Positions 26,115-38,700 of a DNA stretch of 64,000 nt are shown in pieces; the first letter of the stretch is position 1, and each line of letters opens with the position of its first letter. The notes under the pieces were generated by a model. The model saw only the letters and a program-made list of their open reading frames with translations, was not told the DNA's origin and searched no databases. The translations under genes and the position numbers were made by a program. The DNA lies in the NCBI GenBank assembly GCA_964057225.1, contig OZ059894.1, forward strand, positions 16,926,001-16,990,000, given 5' to 3'. This DNA comes from Auanema rhodensis. Its lineage: Eukaryota > Animalia > Nematoda.

Positions 26115-26720
26115 ACAGAATAAATAACATGTTATGTTTATGTATAATATTTTTATTTTAAAACTTTATTATTAAATGTATTAATTATTTCTACGCTGTT
26201 GTGGGGTCAATCTTCTATGAGGGTGAGGACACGGCTTGAAAGTCGAAGGCCTAAATATACATTTAGATAGATAATACTCTTCAATACATAGGAAGTGGGC
26301 AAAAACTCCTCGTTGATTTGAGGCAAAAAGCTGGTGGACATCAGCAAAAACAGAGAAGAACCGTAGGCAGTGTTTTGAAGCTTAAAGAAACAAAAAAAAA
26401 AAGAAAAACATAAGAAAACATAGGTCTGCTGAGGCACAAAAACCGGAAGAGACATAGATGCGATGAGTGTATTTGGTGTACAAAGGTTGTATGTGTTGAT
26501 AATGAGTATTCATAACGCATTATGGACAACGACATGTGCACGTATACAGCAAAGAAAAGAATTTAAAAGCTGAAAAACAAATTGGTGAAACGGCTTAACA
26601 GTAGCGTGAATGATATATATGAAAATACTGCTTTAGCACATCCGGAGTAGCAGATAGCAACGGAAAGACTAAACGAAAAGCTTAGCAGATATGTGGCGAA
26701 AGCCTTTGAAACGGAAGGAA

Positions 26721-29700
26721 TCAAACACAGCCATACTCGTACCAAACTGTGCTCTCAGTCGGACCCTTGACTTCTGCGGCGTTTACATTCTCATATATAG
26801 ACATGGCCTTATCTACACGTTCATCCTAAAAATAAAATAATTGACTAGGAGTTTAGATTATAAAACAGAATTCTGTTCCGGAATCTGAATTACCTTTTCT
26901 CTGACAAAAGTTCTGCGCTCACCCTCACCAACTACAGCTCTCTCTTCAATAGGAGTATGCTCACTCTTAGGTGTGGATGAGCATTTAGGAGCGAAAAAAA
27001 CAGGAGAGTTGTTAACAGGAGTAGAACAATTATCATTTGGAGTCTAAAAGATGAATGAATTAAATATTGAAACATTATTTCAATGTTCTTACTGAGCATC
27101 TTTGATATGGTGGAGGAGGTTTGGTTTTTGGGTATGGAGGTGGAGGTGGACGAGCACGAAGTGAAGCAGTTACGGAAGAATTTCGAACAGGAGCTCGAGG
27201 AGGAAGATATGATGGAACATCGACAGGACGTTCAGTTCCTAAATAAATTGAATATTGATAAATGAACTAAATTAAAGTCAAAACTATCTTAGAGAACAAA
27301 ATCACTAAACACTAGATACAACATTAAAGCGAGAAGCATTAAGTTCGTGCTCAGCCTTTATTCAGCCAGAAAAAAATTAAAAAAAGAAAACATACCATTT
27401 GATGGTCTTTCTAGAGATCCTGATTGTATGAAAGGTCGTCGATTATTAGAATAAACTCGAACTGATCCTCCGATAATATCATTTCGATTACGTAGTCCAG
27501 TGTTAAAGAGAGGGAATGCGATAGAATCTGCACAAAGTCACAAAAATTCACAACCACTCACAAAATGAATCGAGCATGCAAAAAAAATAAATTAAATATT
27601 ACACATACCTTTTGCAGTTGTTATAACTTCATAACGAGGAGAAGCACGATCAACATCATCTGATGACGAGCATGTTGGGGGAAAGATGTCAAATTCATCA
27701 GCGCCTGAAGAAGCACACGGTTATGAAAATTAGGAAAGAAATGTTAAAAAAATTATTATAATTAAGAAGTCAATTAATTAATTTTCTATTGGAATTATAA
27801 GGATAGTGGTTTCTGGGTCATGAATAGGATTTGTTTTGTTGTTGTTTTGCGGAGGGGGGGGGGGAAGGGAAGAAGGATGAAAGACACAAAAGGACAAACA
27901 GATACAAACACATGCAAATCTTTAAATTGAAGATAAATATAAATACATTTCTAATTTATTCGACACAGGACAACACATATACACAGATAATCAGGCTTCA
28001 CAGGGATAATAAACAAACATATAAACATATAAACAATATGTATAATATATTATATACTTTTATAAATATATTTTACCCATTGAATTATATAATGATTCAT
28101 ATATGAATCAAAGTAAAAAAAAAAATATATATATATCAACATATTTGACATATAACTTTTGGTTATTTTTGACAAATACACAAGCTTTTTAACATTTCAA
28201 TTGAAAAATATATAAAAGGATAGGCTAAGATTTGAAATACCTTGAGAACTTTTGATGAATATTCTATATCATCTAGCTGTCAATTAATCAAATTTTTAAA
28301 AAATAATTCAAAAAAACTTTGAAAACAGCCAAAAATAATTACTTATTCTCGTAAACACTCGAATTCATATCAATCATCTTATTTACAGCTGGAGGATCAA
28401 ATGTTCTCGCGGTACTGTCATCCAGGAATACAATAGCTGGTCGTTTTTTTCGGAACAGGCGTAAACTTGAAAAACGACGACTGCCATGTACGGGACAGGG
28501 ATTTGATGTAGATGATTGGGGTAACGGCTTAATGACATCATCAAGTTCTTTTAAAACTTGACTTTTAATATGTTGAATGTCAGTCGTATTATTAATTTTG
28601 CTTATTTTACAATTATTATTATTACTATTACCATTCATTGTTGATGTAGCTTCATCTGCAGAATAAGTTGAGCTATCCTCAGTAGTTGATCCACCGTTTG
28701 ACGATGGCTGTGATGGTCGACGCTAAAAGAAAATAAATAAAAATTGTTTTCTTCTTTTTGTTTAATGGCTAAACATCACATCTTGTAATACAACTTACTC
28801 TGCTGATTAGGGCTTTTGCTGCTCGTTTAACTAATGGTTGTTTGCGATCGGGAAATCGCTTACTTTCCATTGATCTATATTGATCCATGATCTTTTCCTC
28901 CAACTTTTCTTTGTGTCGTCTAAGAGCTGCTAATCTTTCCTGCAAAAATTGCATTAGATTGTTATATATCATATTTCAAGTTAACAGACAACACACATCA
29001 ACAGATTGTCAATCCTTATTAAGAAATAGAAGAAATCATATAATATCTTACTTGAAACTCCTTCTGTTCTTGATGATACATATCTTTATCGTTAAGTGCT
29101 CTATGAAGTAGCTCCTTATTCTGCTGTAACAACATATCCACCTGTCTTGCCAGATTCTTACTTTCTTCATCATAAGTACGATTAAGTTGAGTTAGCATCT
29201 GAAAATTCAGAATTATGAATTCATAAAAAAACAAAAGATCAAACTATAAACTAACCTCAATTCGATTGTGTAACTTGGAAACTTCAATATCTTTCATTTG
29301 AAGACTTTTAGTTAAATCATCTACGGTGGCTGTTAATTCCTTGATTGTAGTTCGATTAGCTTGATCACTGATACGAAGATTTCGAATTTCTGAGCTCAAC
29401 GAATCATAACCTCTTGATGAGGAATCCTTCTCTTTTCTAAAAAACACAATTTTAATTATAAATTATTGAAATAATTCAAAAAACATACTTCAACATATCT
29501 AATTCACGTTTGACTGAACCGTGTTCGTTGTGTAAATCAGCATAGGCTCGAAGTTGTTTGTCTTTAGCTGCTCGTTCTTGTGCAATAATGGTTCTTAATT
29601 CTTCTAATTCACGGGTTGGAATTACAACAGGAGCAGCCTGAAATATAAAAAAGATAAATTTCAAATTATTGGTCTAATTAGAAATATTATAAAATTATAT

Positions 29701-32700
29701 ATTAAAAATATTTTTTTTCTTTTTTTTATGCAAAAAAAAATATTTGTTTATTCAGTTTTTTACTATATAATGTTAAAACATTATTAGGTATAATAGACGA
29801 TGTGAGATAAAAAAAAACTCGAAAGATAGAACGATGAGCCGAAAATAAAACGTTTTCGAAAACTCCCGCCCTCTTAAACCATTCATCGTTCTTCTCTAGT
29901 ACAAAAGAGAAGAATGATCCAACAAAGAATAGCGAAATGAAAAAAAAAGTAAAGATTATAACAAGCGGTAATAACTGAGAAAAGAAGCAAATAGTGAAGA
30001 TGAAACAAATGGAAAAAAAAAGAGGAAAAAGAAGAAGAAAGTCAGCTGTGCATATGAGTTACAATGGCCAACCAAAGTTTCGTACATGTGTAGCATAATA
30101 TGTATGTGGGATGTATTGAATCTAAGGTTAAGTGAAACATTGCACAGTAGTATAACCATTTTTGTTTGAAAATTTGAACTAAAAATAGTTTGACGAAGTT
30201 TTAAAAAAATTATAAGAAAAGAAATTTTTCTAAAAATGAAGTTGGGAAATTTAAGAGTGAAAAAGGAAAAATTTAAACAAAATTGAAATTTGTTGAAATT
30301 TTCTAGAAATAACATGTGGAAGTCATCTAAATTTTAACCAAATGTTCGTTTTAAAATATATTTTGGTTAAGTACTAAACAACAATAAACACAGCAAACAT
30401 CTGTACTTTAGATTAGTTCATCTTATAATCTATTGAAGAAAAAAAGAAAAATAATAAACTTAGAAAACTTTTTGAATAATGATTTTGATTTTAAAATTAA
30501 AACATACTCGTTGATTTCTCATTCTAAGTTTTAAATCTTGATTCTCTTGTTTAGTACGTTCGTAATCTTGAGTCAAGAGATCGTGAAGATTTTGAAGTCT
30601 ATCGTGATCTCCCAGAAGAGCTTGATGCATAGTAGCTAATGAATCCTGAAAATGTTGATCATTTATTTAGAAACAAATGGGTTTTTTGAAGGATAAAAAA
30701 AGGTTTTCAAAAATAAATATCTTACAGCGTCTTTCTTTGCTGATTGCCGACTTTTTTCGGCAGTTTCAAGTTGAGAACGAAGATCTGTGTTATCTTGTCT
30801 TTGAAGCTCTTCCTAGAATATAAATAAATTAATATGTTAAATAGGAAAATAGTAAAATAAAAAATAATTTTATTTGAATAATATTTTTTATTATTAATTC
30901 AGTTCAACTTACGAAGGCATTTCTTGCAAAACCTATGACTAGTGCAGAACTTTTCGTTTTCCGGAAGAACATATTTACTGTTCAACCGTATACGTGATGG
31001 ATGTATATAGTATATAGTATTACTTCATAATTGCAACTTGTTCAAGTTCATGTTTATGCTTGTTAAGGATTTTAACCATAAGATATGAAATTGAGGTTGA
31101 CAAGACATCAGATTATGTTCAAATGTTGTCATGCCATAGGCAAATCTTGCATTATAGGTTAAATGAAGAAAGGCTGACATTAAACCGTTTAAGAATATAA
31201 TCCGTACCGTTTAGCTGTTATGCTAAAGGGAAACTGAAAAATATCCGCGAAAAGAATGTAGGAATATACCCTAACTTATATAGTAAAATACAATATTATT
31301 TCATATAGATAGTATATATACAAGTTTTATAATATGCTAAAATCAAACCTGTAATTGAAGATTTCGAAGAGAAACTTGAAGACGGGCAAGCTCAGTATTC
31401 GTAACTGTTGCGTTGGTCTGGAACAATAACATGTTTACTCAACTATGTTTTATTCAGTTAAGGAAGTCAGTTTTTGAGATAGACTAAAGGAAAGCCTTGA
31501 CAATTTTAAAAGGTTAAAGGGGAGTGAACAGACGTGCTTTGATTGATAGTCATTTGGCTGTAATTTACATAGATAACAAGAGGCATATCGATGAGGAGCA
31601 GTAGACAGAACAGACAAGGATCACTAAAGATGAGAATAAGGGTGTGAGAGTGAGGAAGAGAATGAGAGAGAAATAGATAGAAATAGGGAGTAGGTTGAAA
31701 AAACAAGAATATTAGAGGGTATCTGAGAAGTAGAATTGTCAAAAGAATGGACAGTCACATCTGGCCAAAATGTATGTGTTTGTATCTCCACATTAGGCTG
31801 AGTAATAGTTGACAAAGAGTTACTGGATGAATTAGAAGAATAAGAATATGGAATGAACAATAATAAGATTTTATTAGAAAAGGTATAATGATGATGATGA
31901 TGATGGTATTGAATGAAATAAAGTATAAAGAAATATCTAATAATAATCTTTAACCATTCATTCTTAGATCAAGTTGACATCGACATATTAACTTCATCAT
32001 CGTATATTACATCTGATAAGTAATCCTATAATTACAAACAATTTCCTGTTTAGATCGGAAAGAAATCATACATTCAGGTTCATTTATCCTCTTATACATA
32101 TCGTATACAAATCTATGGACCTTGACCTAAAGTGGATTTTTTTCATTTTCAGACAATCCACTAAGATCAATAGTGATGATGGTGATGTAAGTGATGAATT
32201 CAAATGGATATCCGTAAAACTAGTTAACAAAAAAAAGTATACAAAACCGTATAGTATAGATATAGTTAAGGTTTTAAAGACTATAGGGAATTAATACATC
32301 AATCAGTTGACTATATGGTATGAACGTAAATGGCCATGTGGCATTTATGTAGATCTAATTGAATAGAAAACGAAAACGTTCTAGTATAATGAGTGAAGGT
32401 TAGAATAACAAAAATCGTCTTCATGACAAAAATATTATTTTGAAACAATTATGAATGACTAGAATGTTCAATATTATAGAATCAAATTTCAAAAGAATCT
32501 AATAAGAATAAAACTTATGAATATTATATTGGTTAGAAAATATGTAATATATGTAGATGAAGGAAAGATAACCCCGGATGAGATATTACAATAAATTGTA
32601 AGTGATGCTACTGGGGTTGTGTGGTTTGGCAACTCTTAACTATTATATTTATGATCTGTCACTGACAATCATCATCATTATTCTATTTCACCCTATTTCT

Positions 32701-35700
32701 TAAAACTTTTTCTCTCAGAAAAAAAAGTAAAAATGTTAAATTGAAATAAGAATAATGTGCTTAAATCAAAATAATAAAATAACTAACGGCATTTCTGTTG
32801 AGTTCTTCGATTTCGCGCTTAGCTACAACAACCTGACTGTTCTTCGAAGAGATTTCGATCTGTTGTTCACGAATTTTTTCTTGTAATAAGAAAACCTTAA
32901 AGAAATTATATAATTCAGTAAAATTAAATATAAAATGTGTACTTGTTCTTTCATTGAAACATTTTCTTTCGATAATTCACGAACACGATCATCACTTTCG
33001 CTTAGTGATGCACTCTCGCTTCTCCTGAAACATTAATTTTATATATTGAAAATATAGAATTATTATTATTATATATATAACTATATATAAACCTAAATTA
33101 TAGTATTCTTACCAGAAAAATAGAGAATTAGATAGTAAATTACGCATCAAAAAGGATTTTTTTGGAAGAACAATAGTGAAGTTATGTCTTTAGAAAAGTT
33201 TTGTGTAATTAATTCGATTTATAGATGATCACGAATCATTAAGGATAAAAGAATGATATCTCTTATTGATCTTGATTAAATTAAAAAAAAAAAACAAATA
33301 ATGAAAGTGAAAATATGATTATTCAATTACATTACCTCAATTTCTCTATATCTTTACGGAGATCGGTTAGTTCAGCGATCTGAGTATGCTGTTGGAGACG
33401 CAATGCATCAGCCTCGCGTTTGGCTGCTGATAATGCTCCCATCAAAACTTCATCAATATGGTCAATTAACTAAATAATTTAAAACATATAAGCTACATTG
33501 AAAAACCGTAAATTACCACATCATCGTCCATTTCAGATATTTGAATTTTGCCTCCATTAAGCTGGATTGCGGCACATAAGCTGCGAAGTCGTCCGATAAT
33601 TTCAGCTGCTCGCGCTTTTTCGGCAACCAGATCTTCACGAAGTCTTTGTGTTTTTTTGGTTTCCAATTCGATCTGAACAATAGTTAAAGTTAAAAAAAAC
33701 TGAGATTAATGAAAAAAGTACATGCTGTTGGAAGCTTCTGTTCTCTGCTTCCATATCGCCAACTTTATTTTGTTGCTCAACCAATAAACGTTCACTTATT
33801 TCTAAACGTTTGGCAGCATCATCAATAGTTAGCATACGCATTCTCATCGCTTCGAGTTCATCTTCCAACTTTTCAGATCTCTCCTAAAATGTTAAGTTGA
33901 ATAACGGAAAAAAAGTGACTTATTCCAACCTTAACAACATTTTTCTCGTTTTCAGCATTTTTCAAAGCTCGTTCCAGCTGAGCCGTATGAAGATCACATT
34001 GATATTTTTCTTCTTTCAAATCGTCGACAGTTACACGAAGTGCGCGTTGTTCTTCACGTAGTTTATCAAGCTGTTTCTCAGTTTCGCCTCTCTCTTCGAC
34101 GGCAGAAGAATATCTTCGCTTTTGCTCTTCTAATTCAACCTCAATTTCTCTTATCTACAAAAACGTTAAAGTAAAAAACGATCCAATCAAACTTCGCAAC
34201 CTTAAATTCAGATTCTTGCTCGAACTTTCGGCCAAATTCGGTTTGGAATTGAGTGAATTTACGTCTGGCTTCATGAAGATTCTTCACGGCATCATCTCTT
34301 TCCGTGCGAATCGATTCCAATTCAACAGTGCTTTCTTTGAATTCACTGTTAATAGTTGAAAGAGTTTTTTCCAATTCATGAAGTTGTTCAGTGATCATGT
34401 TGTTCTCTTCTTTGAGCTCTTCGATTTCTTTGCATTTGTCGGCAATTTTTTTGTTAATTGGCTCCATATCAACAGATGAAACTGATATTCTACAAAAGAA
34501 TTTTGTATAACACAACAACGTTGTATATAATAAGAATTAAAAAATATATAATATATTAGAAAATATAATAAAAGATGATTACTAACGTTGACATATCCTT
34601 TTGATCTTCTAATTGAGCACGAAGTTGACGAATTTCTAATCTGAGCTTCAATGATTCACCACGATCACTCTGATTCAATTGATCAGCTAATGAACCATAA
34701 TTTTCTTTTGGACTACCAGGTTCAACGAATCTAAATTTTTCGTTTTTTCCCCAGCTAATTAATGAATTAATATCTTCAATACCTTTCCATTTCTGCTATT
34801 TTTGAGTTATGAAGACTCAATTCATTTTCTAAACGAGATTGTTCCGAAAGTAATTCTTCGATCTTAGAATTTTTCTGTAAATATCATATAATATCAATAT
34901 TTACATGTTTGTTTTTTACTTCACTGATATCAGCTTGAAGACTTCGAACGTTTTTTTGAGATTCTTCCAAACGGCTTTCAACATCTTGTTGATTCTGATT
35001 AAATAAATAACTGTTACTCAAGTAAATAATAATCTAAAAATACCTTGACTTTGATTCTTGCACCTTCTAGTTCATCTTCCAGCATATTCATCGTTTTTTC
35101 CAGAGCATCATTTTCACCCAACAATTGCTGAAATTGAGAAAAATGAAATAAAAATCATTTAACTTTAAACTTTAATGGGGCGAATACACAATTGAGTGAA
35201 ATATTCTTCAAAAAAATTATTCATTTTATAGTATTTTGAACAATAATCCATTACAAATAAAAAGTTTTTATGGATCACATACCTCTGTTCTCGAACGATA
35301 GTAATCCAATTCAGCAATTTTTTCACGAAGTTTTGAATTTTCTTGCTCCAACTTTTCAAGTTTCATTAACTATAATAAACTATATGAAATAAAGATAAAT
35401 ATAAGTATATACCTTATGTTGAATACAATCTAATTCATCACGTAAATCTTTAGCAGCACGAGCATCTTTAATTAGTTCTAATCTTTCTTCTTGAATACGA
35501 AGTAACTGAAACATACTTTATAACAATTATAATAAAAAATTGCTTTTTCAACTGTTTTTTCACATTTTTGAAAAGAAAATGAAATTTATCTGAATTCGCG
35601 TGATACACGTGAAACACACGTATACGTATTATAACATACATATATGCTAATTTATAGTATATAATTCTTATAGATAAAATAAAAATATTTTATTAAGTAC

Positions 35701-38700
35701 CTCTGATTCTTTCGCATCTAATTCATCTCGTAAATCGTTTAATTCTTCATCCTTTTCTTCACTAAAACAAGAAAAAAACTAATAATATCAAAACATTTTG
35801 GTCAGCTTACGCTAAATTTCTTAATTTTCTCAATTCAGATTTAACTGATGCTAGTTCAACATTGGAATGTCTGTCATAAGCTGTAGGTGAAGGAGATCGT
35901 CGTTCTGAAAAGAAAACATAATGAATGAAATTTACATTTAAAATCAAAAAGATGAAAATAAGATGGATATAAGCAAGCACTTACCAAATCTCAATTCCGT
36001 TGTCCGACGTGGAGGAATATCTCCATTTAAAGAAGAGGTAGCAGTTGTACTACTACCTTCATCACTTTCATTATCTGGATTCATATTCAAAAGCTGATGT
36101 GCCAGATTATCTCGCTCTTTCATAACTCTCTCCAAGTGGAGAGCTATTTCGCGTGAATCTACAGTAAATGTATTGGATGTGATAGGCAAAACAACTGATG
36201 TTCCTTCAGTTATCTATAAAATTGAAAAATGTGTGAAAATGATAAATGATCCTGATTACCCTTTGTATATGATGAGCAATTCCTTTTTGAGTATCGGGAC
36301 CTAGTCGTGTAATGCGTTCAACGAATTCTTTTTTTCGATCTCCCTGCACAGCACAACCAAGAAGAAGCAATAAGAATTTCTTCAGTTCTTCTCCTGATTC
36401 ATCTATAAACAAACAAAATAACAACCGGCAAAAAAAAGTTAATTCCCATATAGTATTGAAGATAATTATGAAATTTATTTATAAAATGTTTTGCTTGATT
36501 ATAACATTATATAGTATAAGATTAAGTTTGAATGATATTGTTATTGTTTTTTAAGAAGTTTTATAGTTTATGGTACTTTTCTTTTTTTATTTTCTTCGGA
36601 ATTCAAAACGAATAATAGATAGAAGAGAACAGATAGATTAGCTTTGACCGGAATTTGCTGGTAAATAGCGGAAAATTGAAAGATAGACGAGAATGATGAT
36701 CAGTGGTAGAAGGAAAGAAAACGGAAAATGAACCGGACCGTTGGAGAACAACGATGATGAAAAGGATGGTGGCCACAAACGCGTTGTCATTCGTCAAGCC
36801 GGCAACCAAATAAACTTGGAGGCCAGTGCTTGCAGTTGAATTACGTGTTTTGTAAAATGATACAAACCGTCGAAACAAACGAAAGTAGAAGAAGAATTTT
36901 AACGATTTGCATCGCTAAAATTGAAAACGGTAATAAAGCCTGGATGAGGTCACAGCTGGACTTTGCATGTACGTAAATACGACAAAGCAAATTATGGCTA
37001 GTATCAAAATACAGAATATACATACATACATATAGTTCCAGCCCTCTATGACAACAAACCAAAAAATATCGTGACTAATTGAGCTACAGAAAAAACATTT
37101 CAGAAGGACATACATACATATACATCAGAAAAGTTTTAATGTAAAAACTATTTTTGGGATCAGAATAATGCATCTTGAAGAAGAAAGCTGAATAAGAAAG
37201 TCAGGCATATTGCAGCTAGAGCTATTGAAACTTTGAATAGAATCATTTATATATAACTATTGGAAATAAATAGATGATACACATGTATGTCCGTATGTAT
37301 GTTGTAGCACAGCTGTAATACTTCAGAATATGGAGAAAGAATGAAAAGAACATGAAAAGCTCTAGAAAGCTTTGAGAATATGGAGAACATAGATGACAAG
37401 AGAAAGTTTTAGAAAGAAATGAGGGAGAGCGAGAGAGAGGGAGAGATGAGGCTTATGACAGGTACAAGAAATGGAATTGTTACATGACATTCAGCGGGCA
37501 ACAAAATATTTTAGCTTGAAACCGGTTAAACATAGTTATGTTGATGGATATACAGATGTATATTCAAGAACCAAATAGTTTAAGTCTGTTGAATTATCAT
37601 CCTTCTATTGATATACGTATGAAATATCAAGGAACAATGCGGTTTATACGATGCCGCTTTCAATGGCTATGGTGGCAATCTCAGTCAAAACGTTGTCAAT
37701 TTTATTCTATGTGTTCTTAGCTAGAACTATTTCCTCGCTTCGTTCTCTTTTCTCTATCTCTCTAAGAATTATTCAGTATTTCACTACAAGAAGACGTCGA
37801 GAACAACCTCTGACGAAACTATTGATATGAAGAAGCATGACGACAATTCAAATTTTTCCTTCTATCTGTTCGCATATGCGAGGAAAGTTTGTGGCAAGCG
37901 ATGAGAGTCGGTTATAGAAAATGCTGCTGACCATCGTCCTTGTCTCCAGGTTGAACTCAACCAGCCTTCTTTCTCCCTCTCTCTCCCTCCTTCTTTCTTG
38001 CTTCTCTCTTCTTTCTCAGTCGTTTGCCCTCTTTCATCATCGTTTTCTACCTCTTGCCCACCTTGTTGCCTGTTCTTTCGTCTCTTTTCTCATTATGCTG
38101 AACAAACAAATCAAGACGATATAGGAGAAACGAAGACGAAAGAGTGAAAATACAGAAGCAGAGGGTCGACAGAAGATTTGGCCATCTGCATAAAGCATAG
38201 CTTCTCAATTCAAAAGAGTCTCAAATAACAGTCAGCTTGTCAAGTAATTCACACCATCAACTTCTCTTCAGCTGAGTGACCATTTGAGTTCAATGTTTAC
38301 AAAAGGACAACAGAACATAAAGCTTCTGTGTATTCATTATATATTTGAAATTGAACTATTTAAATATATAGAAAGATATGTTGTTAGATCATTGAAATAT
38401 GAAATATATCTTCATTTTCAATTACTTTTTTTGAACATTTTCTTCAAAAAGTAATAAGGTTATCAGCAAATAAAGAAGGTGAATAAAATCAGCTTAGTAT
38501 GGGAATATAGGTGAGAATAACAAATAAATGGAATAAACAATTCAAATATGAATAGTAATTTTGAACACTTTCTCTCAAAATTATTTGGAAATTGTACAAA
38601 AGTGATGATATGATGAGCAGTATATGTAGACGACAGATTACAATATGCTCATCAATTGTCAAAAATGAAAAAAAAATTTACTGACCAGTTTTGGAATCTC

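Noticed and set aside
27083-27265. Plus-strand acidic ORF, and other plus ORFs at 4180, 17007, 28887, 36312, 38691, 45079, 59443
   Set aside because: Antisense shadows of real or candidate minus-strand exons.
27854-27864. Poly-G runs (also ~51626-51635; poly-C ~56598-56610)
   Set aside because: Only ~10-11 nt, shorter than the G-tracts known to be unstable; no further structure.
36841-36912. Signal-peptide-like [23 protein letters not shown] in the grdn-1 intron
   Set aside because: Available donors are phase 0 or 2, not the phase 1 required; ends in a stop.
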